Assembly (NCBI RefSeq): GCF_000002075.1
Contig: NW_004798595.1
Span: 18,822 to 82,821 of the forward strand
Reading direction: 5' to 3'
DNA: 64,000 nt
Source of the DNA: Aplysia californica
Lineage: Eukaryota
Under the pieces are notes generated by a model. It ran no database searches. It was not told the DNA's origin and saw nothing but the letters and a program-made list of their open reading frames with translations. Both the position numbers and the translations under genes were made by a program. Of this stretch, positions 13,253 to 23,700 are shown piece by piece (the first letter of the stretch is position 1; each line of letters opens with the position of its first letter).

Positions 13253-14017
13253 TTGATGAAAGACTCAACTCAAATCTTCAGTCCAAGCAGCTTGATGTCC
13301 ATCTTCGCTACCTAGATTTTTATCGATGGCCATTCACTCCTCCACATTGGATCTTGTGGCCTTCATACACTCTGCAGTCTCCATCTGCATCAGACTGTCA
13401 GCATCACAATGGACAATTGTAATGTAATGAGAGGTCAGGTAAATGGAGTCGAGGCCAAGCTGCGAAAAGAAAACCCTCATCTCCAGAATGTCAGTGGAGA
13501 TACCATACACATGGTGAACATTGCCACAAGAAAACAGTTTCAATTTATGGAAAGTGACTTCCTACCCCTTCAAACTCTGTGTAGTGATCTGTACATGGAT
13601 ATTGAGGAATCTCCAAAGGCAATAGCATTATTCAGCACAATCCAGGAAGCCCTTTAAGGGAAGACGAGGACGGTTTTGCGACCCATCCCAACAAGTTTCA
13701 ACCAGATGCTGGATGTGGTTGACAGATTGTTACTTCTATGGGACGGCCTCTTCATTTTCTAGACCCCATTTCTGGAAAAGAGTGAACAGGCAGCTGCAAA
13801 TAAGAGAGTTCACGGCATTTTGAGTGACAGAGAGATACTGGATGAGGGCAAAGAAAAAGTCAAGACTGCGCTTAACCAGATGAGAAAGCAGAACTAGACA
13901 GGGGGCCGGTAAGGAAAGAAAACAAAGTATATTGCTGTATTTGCACAAAAAGGAGCCTAAAACACTGCGGCAAAGGCAGGCAGTTGGAACATTAACTATT
14001 GGCTGTAGCATAATAAT

Positions 14018-14400
14018 ATGAACAAAATAAAAACACACATGGGATCTTCTTCAACTAAAAACCCTTCCCCAACTCCCAACTTTGTAAAAAAGTCTCGGCT
14101 CGCAGAAGCGGGTGCGGCTGCCGAGCCGAGCAAACCCAACCAAAATGGAAAAAGGACCTTTTCGGCTGCCACTGTCCTACCCCCTCTCAGGGAGCTTCCG
14201 CGGCAGCTGTACTTGACCATACGCAACGATGCGCATAAAAAGATCACAGATCTAAACCTTTTAAAAACAGGAGATGCACTACGACAAGTTCTGGGATACA
14301 TTCCTATGAATGTCCAGAAACTGTCCTCTGGTGCATTCCTCATCAAGTGCGCATCGGATAAAGAACTGGCCGGACTTGAGAAGACCACCCGCCATCGAGC
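14018..14400 (+). mobile_element. LINE ORF1 (gag-like, I/Jockey-group) N-terminal fragment
   Basis: LYLTIRND...LNLLKTGDALRQVLGYIPMNVQKLSSGAFLIKCASDKE resembles the RRM-like ORF1 pattern (VKKLRSGxLLIEC). Confidence 0.65.
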
Positions 14401-14429
14401 CCAACAAGGGGGCACATTGCTCGGATGAC

Positions 14430-14882
14430 CAGAGCTGTGCCAGGGCTACCCTGGAGCTATACTCTTCACGAGAGTGCACGAAACCCTCTGGTGCACGAAA
14501 CCCCACAAAACATGGCAAGAAACCTTATCAAACAGAGTAGAGGCTCTCAGGAATCGCCATAGGCGGATTGCTGAAAGACTGTCGGCTCACACCCATGTCT
14601 AAGTTACCCCCTCTAGCAGTCGGAGACTGTATTCGTATACAAAACCAAACTGGACCCCACCCAACCGAGTGGGACAAAACCCGACTTTTCCTTGAAGCTC
14701 GTCCATTCGACCAGTACAAGGTAAGAGTGGACAGATCAGGCAGAGTGACATTGCGCAACAGGAAATTCCTTCGTCGATATGTACCAGTGATTCCCAGATC
14801 CCCACTGGCCACATTACCCTCACCTACAGCCATGGTGACAAAGAGCATACCCACATGCCCTGAACCAGCCAATGTTCCCTAA
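14430..14882 (+). mobile_element. Gypsy LTR-retrotransposon pol fragment (integrase C-terminus)
   Basis: LPPLAVGDCIRIQNQTGPHPTEWDKT...FDQYKVRVDRSGRVTLRNRKFLRRY is a typical Gypsy integrase C-terminal SH3-like module. Confidence 0.8.
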
Positions 14883-15189
14883 AGTCAATGTCACAATCAT
14901 TCCATCCTCTTTCAATCCTCCTACTCCTCACTCGCACCCCCCCCCCCCCTTTCGCGGGGTCAAACACACACTTTTATTCGAGGCATACAAAAATCCTTTT
15001 TTAAATTGAACTCACATACTAATGGGGGGGGGGGGGGGTATCACCCCTACTAATGGGAGGAGGGGGGGGGGGGATTAACACCCCTACTAATAGGACAGAA
15101 ATATGGCTACAAAAAGATTTGGCTCCAAATTATCTCCCAAATTGTTGGTAGTCTGGCCCCACACTAAAAATATATCTGACAACCCTGTT

Positions 15190-16760
15190 CATTGTTCTCT
15201 TTCACTATTGAGTCGCTGAGATAACCCCAGCAGTCAGCAGCAATCAGATAAAGTAGAACGGAACCAGCCGAGCTTGATATCAGTGACCCTTCTGTCATGT
15301 CACAGTTTATTCGTGGCAGTATTGCCACATCTCCTGGTGAACTTTGTGGGGACGGGAGTGAAGATGAGTCGTTTCCAACAAGTACACCAAGTCAAGCGAA
15401 GGAAGATGAAGAGGGTGAAAGTACCGTTGAAACTGAAAAGTAAAGTAAGTATCACTGGAATGGGCCTTCTGCCACTTTCTGACATCCAAGAATACTGGTG
15501 CACTGATGCCATTTACAACTTCTCCTTCTTCGCTAGTGTGATGACAAGAGACAGATTTTTAAACCTTATTACTTGTTTACATTTAAACAACAACAAAAAC
15601 TTTGTAGCAAAAGAAGTCGACCACAACCCTTTGTTCTCTTTCACTATTGAGTCGCTGAGATAACCCAAGCAGTCAGCAGCGATCAGATAAAGTAGAACGG
15701 AACCAGCCGAGCTTGATATCAGTGACCCTTCTGTCATGTCACAGTTTATTCGTGGCAGTATTGCCACATCTCCTGGTGAACTTTGTGGGGACGGGAGTGA
15801 AGATGAGTCGTTTCCAACAAGTACACCAAGTCAAGCGAAGGAAGATGAAGAGGGTGAAAGTACCGTTGAAACTGAAAAGTAAAGTAAGTATCACTGGAAT
15901 GGGCCTTCTGCCACTTTCTGACATCCAAGAATACTGGTGCACTGATGCCATTTACAACTTCTCCTTCTTCGCTAGTGTGATGACAAGAGACAGATTTTTA
16001 AACCTTATTACTTGTTTACATTTAAACAACAACAAAAACTTTGTAGCAAAAGAAGTCGACCACAACCCTTTGTTCTCTTTCACTATTGAGTCGCTGAGAT
16101 AACCCAAGCAGTCAGCAGCGATCAGATAAAGTAGAACGGAACCAGCCGAGCTTGATATCAGTGACCCTTCTGTCATGTCACAGTTTATTCGTGGCAGTAT
16201 TGCCACATCTCCTGGTGAACTTTGTGGGGACGGGAGTGAAGATGAGTCGTTTCCAACAAGTACACCAAGTCAAGCGAAGGAAGATGAAGAGGGTGAAAGT
16301 ACCGTTGAAACTGAAAAGTAAAGTAAGTATCACTGGAATGGGCCTTCTGCCACTTTCTGACATCCAAGAATACTGGTGCACTGATGCCATTTACAACTTC
16401 TCCTTCTTCGCTAGTGTGATGACAAGAGACAGATTTTTAAACCTTATTACTTGTTTACATTTAAACAACAACAAAAACTTTGTAGCAAAAGAAGAAGTCG
16501 ACCACAACCCTTTGTTCTCTTTCACTATTGAGTCGCTGAGATAACCCAAGCAGTCAGCAGCGATCAGATAAAGTAGAATGGAACCAGCCGAGCTTGATAT
16601 CAGTGACCCTTCTGTCATGTCACAGTTTATTCATGGCAGTATCACGACATCTCTTGGTGAACTTTGTGGGGACGGGAGTGAAGATGAGTCGTTTCCAACA
16701 AGTACACCAAGTCAAGCGAAGGAAGATGAAGAGGGTGAAAGTACCGTTGAAACTGAAACA
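15190..16760 (+). repeat. Tandem repeat, unit 439-442 bp, about 3.5 copies, derived from piggyBac transposase
   Basis: Near-identical units. ORF starts at 15274, 15713, 16152 and 16594 give spacings of 439, 439 and 442. Confidence 0.95.
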
Positions 16761-19700
16761 ACCAATAGCGGCGCAGGGGAGTAGAGAGAGGGAGATGCTG
16801 ACCTTAGTCCCCCATCCTTCGAGCCTGTCAAGCAGCCTGGCCGACAAGTTGAGATGTGAGACGGAGCGACACCACTTGACTTCCTCAAGCTCTTCGTGTC
16901 TGTGGGTATGATGACACATATTACTACAGAAACAAACCGCTACACCGCACAGTGCCTCCAGTCAACTGGACCATCAAGGGGCCACCTTGCGACCAGGACT
17001 GATACCAACGAAAAGGAGATGTGGGCCTTTTTTGGCCTATTATCACTGGAATGGGCCTTCTGCCACTTTCTGACATCCAAGAATACTGGTGCACTGATGC
17101 CATTTACAACTTGCCCTTCTTCGCAAGTGGGATGACAAGAGACAGATTTTTAAACCTTCTTACTTGTTTACATTTAAACAACAACAAAAACTTTGTTGCA
17201 AGAGAAGTCGACCACGACCCTTTGTTCAAAATTAGCCCCTACCTGAACAGCCTGGCAGAGACCTTCACCGAAAATTACTATCCAACGGCCAACGTTGCTA
17301 TCAACGAAGCCATGGTCGCATGGAGAGGCAATCTCAGCTTCCATGTGTACAACTGTGGCCTTTATGATAGCACATGGCCTTACACACTGCACCACGCCGA
17401 CAAGTGACGTCATCAGGCTGCGGCTGACGGGTGACATGCCGCAGGATTTCTTAGCGTGTAGTGTGTCGGCCACAAAGTGCAGTGCCTTTGATCCTAAAAA
17501 TTATGACAGTAGTGTGACCAATGAACGTGTATCAGTGATTACATTTCCATCAGACCCAGATTGGAGAAGGCTTTGGCAACAATACCAAGGAAAGATTTTA
17601 TTCCTACTAAGCAGTCTGTTGTCTGTGCAAAACATTTCACCGAGGAATGTATCTTGCGTGTTGATTCTTTCACCTGAGCAGGTAAGTAAAGAAAAATAGA
17701 GATCTCAACCTTAGTATTTCAAACTGGAGTCCAATTCAAATACATGTACCTTGACTAACATCTGGAGAGCTGCTGGTGCCCTAGATTTTTAAGTTTAAAT
17801 ATCCATCTAGATATCTAGATGTATATAATAAGCAACTCTGTGGCTTCAGCTATCATGTTTCAATCCAGTAATTGCTTGAGAGTGAGAAGAAATTAAAATT
17901 ATTGTCTGTCCTCAAGCCAAGCTGGTTTCTGCATCACAGGATACCATCCAGCTGAAGGAAGTCACGGAACCCCATGAAGACAGAAGGTTTTCTTTAATAA
18001 CTGCTGCAGAGGACGAATACAAGAGCTTTTATCCCTTTTCTGAGTGATTGTGAAACGATGCAAGTGACAGAGGAGCAGACAAAAGCTTTAGTCTTTGTGT
18101 CGGGATATTCAACAGCAACGGTGTTGCGACACACTACATGCGATGGGTGTTGATTTGAATTTAGCCTTGATAAAACACTGAGAGCTGAGGGTGCAGAGGG
18201 CAGCTGCACATACATCTCTGTGTCGGACAAGGGTGGCTTCACTTGGCCTTGTGACCGCTACATTGACATTGCAACGGAAATTTTCAAAGTTTTTCAAGTG
18301 CTCGTGAGAGACACCCAATGTGAACAACAGTTTCTTGCTTGTAAAAACCACAGAAAGACCATCATGAACTTGGCAATGCAACGACTGTATGATCTTGGAC
18401 TTGATTCCGGAGTATGCAATGAATGCAATACATCTTTTAAAGATCCAGTGTTGAAGTGCAGAAAGCCATTGGTTAACATTTTCCAGAACAATTACTCAGG
18501 AAACTTCAGTGACAAAACGTCTGCGACAAACTCGTCAAGAAAAATAAAAACCCTCAGGAAAAGATTATCACTGTACAAGAGATTCTGAAACACATTAAGG
18601 TAGGATTTTTGTGTATGTGCCTCGTTCCCTCTTCATTTTGGTGTTGTTGTTGTTTGGGGGGGGGGGGGGGGTGAGACATTGTTTTATTCTGTATGCCCTA
18701 CTTCCACGTCCCGTCTCTTGGTTGCTGTCGTTGTTATTAGAATAATAATTGTTTTTGTTGTAATTGTCATTGCTTATGTTGCAATTCTTATCCCTGTCAA
18801 ACACCATCGTCCACGGTACAACTCATACAAGCCGGACAAATTTTGAGTTACCATCTTCCAGCTGTGCGACTCTAGGAACGTTTACTGCTGCAGGTTTGAG
18901 GTCTGCACTGGAAAGAAGAAAGCCTCTTCCAAGGGAACAGTTGACGACGTCATGATGAGTGTGCCATCTCCCTACCTGGGGTGTGGACATCGACTATACA
19001 TCGACAATTTCTACACTGCCCCAGTCCTCCTGATAGACCTACTTCCCCACAAGACAACAGCGAGCGTGCGGGACGGTCAGGCTCAACAGGAAGGGACTGT
19101 CGAAGGAGATGGCGGGGAAGAAGGTGTTGAAGAAGAAGGGAAAAGTAAAGCTAATGACAACGGGAACGATGAATCATATCAAGTTCATGGATCGACGCGA
19201 GGTCAACATCTTGACATCCATCCACTCTGGTGGCAGGATGAGCGACACGGGACGGGCAGACAGAGCCATTGGGGAGCAGATCATCAAGTTCGATGCGGGG
19301 AAGGACTAGGACAGGTTTATGGGAGCTGTCGACTGGTCGGAACAGATGGTCTTATATACAACTCTTCGAAGCGGAAGACACTGAAGTGGTGGAAGAAGGG
19401 TTTTTTTTTCCCACTTCGTTATGATAGCAGAGCTCAACGCCTGCTGTAAAAGGAGTCGACTGAAAAGCCCATCAGTCACCGTATGTTGAGACGTGAGCTG
19501 GCCAAGGAGATGGCGAGACAGTTTATCCCTCAAAAGCCTTCAAGACGCACCAGCCTCCGGCTGGGAGATTTTTCACTGCATGGACTTACAGCCAGGCACT
19601 TCTCCAGTGGAGTCCCTCGTCGTGCTGGCACCGTGGAACAACCAGGGAAAAAGGTCAGACCTGCCACTCAACTCTGCGGTGTTTGCACTACCAACACTGG

Positions 19701-19983
19701 AAAGAGGAAAACTCCGAGTGACGGTCGGAAGAGGAAGGAATTGACAGCTGAGTGCATCCACTGCAATGTAGGCCTCTGCCTCGTGCCATGCGTGGAGCTG
19801 TACCACTCACAGAAGGACTACAAGAAGGCCTACTGCAGACTCCAGGGCACTGACGGCTCAGCTGAAACCTCCCCACCCAGTTCCTCTTCAGACTAAGCCA
19901 ACTGTTCCGGACAATGAACTGTCCTTTTTACGACAACCCCCCCAAGGAAGTCGGAAGAACTTGGCCTCATCGTTGCTTAGGGA
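16578..19983 (+). mobile_element. Decayed piggyBac (PGBD4-like) transposon, interrupted by a P element
   Basis: Acidic N-terminus, MTRDRF, VAINEAMVAWRGNLSF (first catalytic D is N), LYIDNFYT, MGAVD, KRKTLKWWKK, and a C-terminal Cys-rich domain CGVC...CIHCNVGLCLVPCVELYH. The end is ...CTTAGGGA|TTAA (19984-19987). Frameshifts and stops are present. Confidence 0.9.
17354..18815 (+). mobile_element. Internally deleted P-element/THAP9-like transposon
   Basis: Direct repeat GTACAAC(T) at 17347 and 18816 (7-8-bp TSD), after which the piggyBac frame resumes (YNSYKPDKF). THAP finger CSAF...FPSDPDWRRLW...VCAKHF and P-type C-terminus LVFVSGY...CDGC, DKGGFTWP...NIFQNNY. Confidence 0.8.
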
Positions 19984-20732
19984 TTAACATTCACATCTGA
20001 AATGCACGGATGGCCAACCACAGTACTACGTTTTTTTAAAAAGTTATACTTTTTTGCTACTGAAATGAATGAAGACTGTTATTTCAGATTCTTTGGATGA
20101 AAGTTAAGCTTTGGTAATTATTTAGTGCAGTTACAAGTTTAAAAAGAAGGAGAAAGAAAGAAGAAAAGAGGTGGGTTTTACTGTTAGTACTGTAATTTCT
20201 TTTTTTAAAGCAAAAAAACAGAAAAAAAAGAGGTGAGAACTTTGAGAGCTTTCCCTTTCTTTTTTTTTTTTTAAGTAGTACTGTGGTTAACGCTCTTTCG
20301 GTGAACTCCGCAAGACCAGAGTTGAATGGAGAAAAGCTGCATATTTCAACCACAAGGACAATTTTAAGTTGAAGATTAAGTCTTTATCATTATGTGGTTG
20401 TTGTTTTTGTAATGTTTTGTGTCAAATTTTATGTGCAGGGTAGTGGTAGGATTTTTTTTTGATAAAGTAGGATTTTTTTAATTTGGGAAATTGCTGGACA
20501 CCCTGTTTTTAGAAGTGCACACTACTACGTGAAAAAAAAAAACCCTACTCATTTCCCTTTGCGTGGTCCTGAAGCAGTTTCACGGTAGAACCTGTAGTAC
20601 TGAGTGAGTTTTAAAAAAATCCACCATTTTGTCCCTTTGAGGTCTAAAAATTTGGGACCCACAGAGGGCAGTTATTATACAAATTGAGTAGAATAAGAGT
20701 TATGGACTACTGGACTACAACTGCTACAAGGG

Positions 20733-23700
20733 TCAACTGCTCTGTTGTTGTAGCCTCATCTGTTGGCGAGTGTACTCCCAGACTATCAGGGCTCCGCAAA
20801 CATGGACATTGAGGGACCGGATGATGCCCAATTGTGGGATTTCCACGCACACATCTAGCAACTGGATTATGTCCACTGGGATGCCTTCCTTCTCATTTCT
20901 GCAAAGCAAAAGGACACATTAACAGTGTTTAAGTTACACAAAGTGTTGAATTGTGTGCCCATTCTATTTCCCACTTGTTCCTATTAATAATAGACTAGTA
21001 GTCAATCGCAGAGGCTAAAGATGCCAAAATGTGACATCAATTTGATCTTAAAACAATTTCCTGATCTTACAAAATTGGTTTAGGAAACAATGTTCTTTGA
21101 GCAAAAACTTACAAGGCTGACAGTTAATTTCCTCATCAGAGAAGTGGGGGTGGGGAAGTCAAGGAGGAAAATGAAAAAATGTCTGGTTTCAGTCCTGTTC
21201 TTCTGCCTCTTGAAATCATTGTTGAATCATAACATAAACCCTTCAAATAAATAATATCTCACGACCGTCCCTATGTTTGAAACAACAAACAGAAATAAAA
21301 TTATATGTGACCCGAATACCAAATGTCTATTATATTATCACACACATATATAAATATATTTCTCAGCTTGGGTTAACCCCAGATAAGCAGGGTCAAGGCA
21401 GCCTGCCTCCCAAAGTATCTAAATCATATCATATGGATTAACATCATCATTGCCTTTCTCAACTTGGACCAGGTTCTTAGTGTTAAGATGGAGGAATTGT
21501 AAAGTAAGTGCCTAGAGCTGTATTGTTTGGGCATGGGTGCTATAGAAATTACCTGCATTATTATTTATATTATTTTTTAAAATTATAGATCACTGACAAA
21601 CATTTTCCATTTAGGATAGCTTCTAAACATTATTCCATGAGTGGAAGAGAGCTGTTTCGTTTTGTTATGTGTTTTACCGCTCGCAACTGCATAAGTCTAT
21701 ATGAGAATGGGGGACACATTAAACATTTTCAGTTGGTAGGAAATTTTGAACTTTGCCCGGGAGGCGGCCGAAGCCTACTGGAAGAGTGTATTAAAAATAA
21801 TGTTTATTATTATTGCATTGAAAAAATAGCAATATGTTAGACATCAGGTCTAAACGAGTCAGAAGCACAAGAAAACATACCCGAGAAGTAGCAGAGTCTT
21901 CTTTGGGAACTGGTACTCCTCCAGGGAGACACTGTTGGCGGTTTGTTCAACACCGACCAGGGTGTACCCCGCAAGTCTCTTCTCTTCCAGAAACTCAATA
22001 AGGCGAGGACGCATCACCTGAAATTTGGCAGAAAATATTGTATTAACACATTACACCCTAACTCGCCCGGGATCGCCCGAGAATTCCCTTACGCGCTCCA
22101 CTCTGACTCGCCCGGAACCGCCCGCGCCGACCCAGCGTCTTTAGAAACGAAAGTCTCGCCTTGACGAGACTCTGGGGCCGGGATTTTGATTTGCATAGTA
22201 TAGCAAAAAGTTTCTTCTTTCGTTTGATACCGAAACGAAATTTAGTATTAGAGCTGATCGAAGTGCGATCGTGTTACCGACACTTCGAAAGTGTCTCGAC
22301 TTGTTGAAAAGCGACACAATTGAGTTCGAAAACGGAAATAACGATGGATTTGAGCAAAAACGAGCATGTGACAAATCAGATGGCTCAGATTTTGATGAAA
22401 ACGTTGTAGGAAGAGTTTGGGGCGATTCCGATTGATCAGACGGAGAAAATCTAGAATTTAGATCTAGGGCCCGACCGCGAGGCTGAGAGTGAGAGTGACT
22501 GGTCGGACACCCCGATTGAAATAAAGTTAGAACATTTCCAACAGTTTGTGCATACATAAAGTTATATTTTTCTGAAACTACATTCAGTTTTCTTTTTAAC
22601 TTTTATTTTTTCAGGATTTTTGGAATTTGTTTAGTATTTTTTTAATGTGTTTTTTAAAGGCTTGTATTCACGGGAGGTGGGTTCCTTCCCCTTGCTTAGG
22701 ATCTAACAATGGACTCCCCATCCAGGCCCTTAGGGTGTAATGTGTTAAGGAGGATATTTTTCACAGGCATTGTGCAGTCAAAAGACCATACATGAGACTA
22801 CACCAGTGTCCTTGCAGCAAGAAAGTCAGGTAAAAGTGAGGTATAGTCATAAATGTCGAACTGCTTGACCTAGTGAGGAACATCCAGAGTCACTATGGGG
22901 ATCAGTCAAGTTGCTTCTTCTATGGCTTACAGGAACAGGAAACACCCAGGTGTGACCTGTGTGATGTGAGAAGATAAGTAACAGAGTGGCCTCAAATAGG
23001 ATACTCCATAGAACAGAAGTTCTGGAAAAGTGGCACCTCTGTAAACTCAGTTGGGTCTGGGGTACTTTTTTTTAGAAATACATGCACTTGAGTCTGAACA
23101 TTTTAGGGGGCTTATAAAAATGTTTACAAGTCCAAACAGAACAGTAATAAAATAAACAGAAGAAATTCTTGATCTGAGGGTAATTGGAAAAAAAAAAACA
23201 ACTCAACTCACTTCACACTCTACAAGTTTTCAGAAACAGCCATGTAGTTACTTTTCGAGTGAAATAAAAAGCAGGGTTCATCAATGGACAGAGGAAAGTC
23301 GTAAGTCTTCTTTGTCCATTTTGTCTTCAGGCTGACTTACACAGACGTCTTGTGAGTAAGAAATAGACTGCCACATAAATCTACTAATACTCATACTTCC
23401 TGCTCTTGCACTATAAGATCAATATCTACAAGTCTTTTTTTCTCTATTTAATGCCACATGTCTATGAAACAGATTGCTGTGACATATCCTACAACTTGAT
23501 GAAGCATTAGCAGTTCTGTCTTTTTAATATATGCAACAAAGGGTGTCGGATTGGACATAGGCCCTCAGCCAGACTTCCCACAACAGATTCCAGAAAAAAA
23601 CTCATGTGAGGTTAACTATTTTTAATTTCAACTGTAGGCCTATGCTTTTTCTTTTCCAATCAGCACATGTTCTTACCTCAGTTATGTTAATCCACTTCTG

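Larger units (their letters stand above)
11216..20505 (+). mobile_element. hAT-like DNA transposon (6-bp TSD type), decayed, hosting nested elements
   Basis: TIR CAGGGTGTCCAGC at 11216 and GCTGGACACCCTG at 20493-20505, with TTTTTA on both sides (11210-11215, 20506-20511). Subterminal GT(C/A)GGATTTT repeats. Transposase remnants: MFPDSNIAQRFQCEKTK, YYVLMFDE|RLNSNLQSKQLDVHLRY and MDNCNVMRGQVNGVEAKLRKENPHL...GDTIH. Confidence 0.85.

Noticed and set aside
15190-16760. Tandem 129-aa ORFs as a gene family or CRISPR-like array
   Set aside because: Units are near-identical with no spacers and are rearranged piggyBac sequence.
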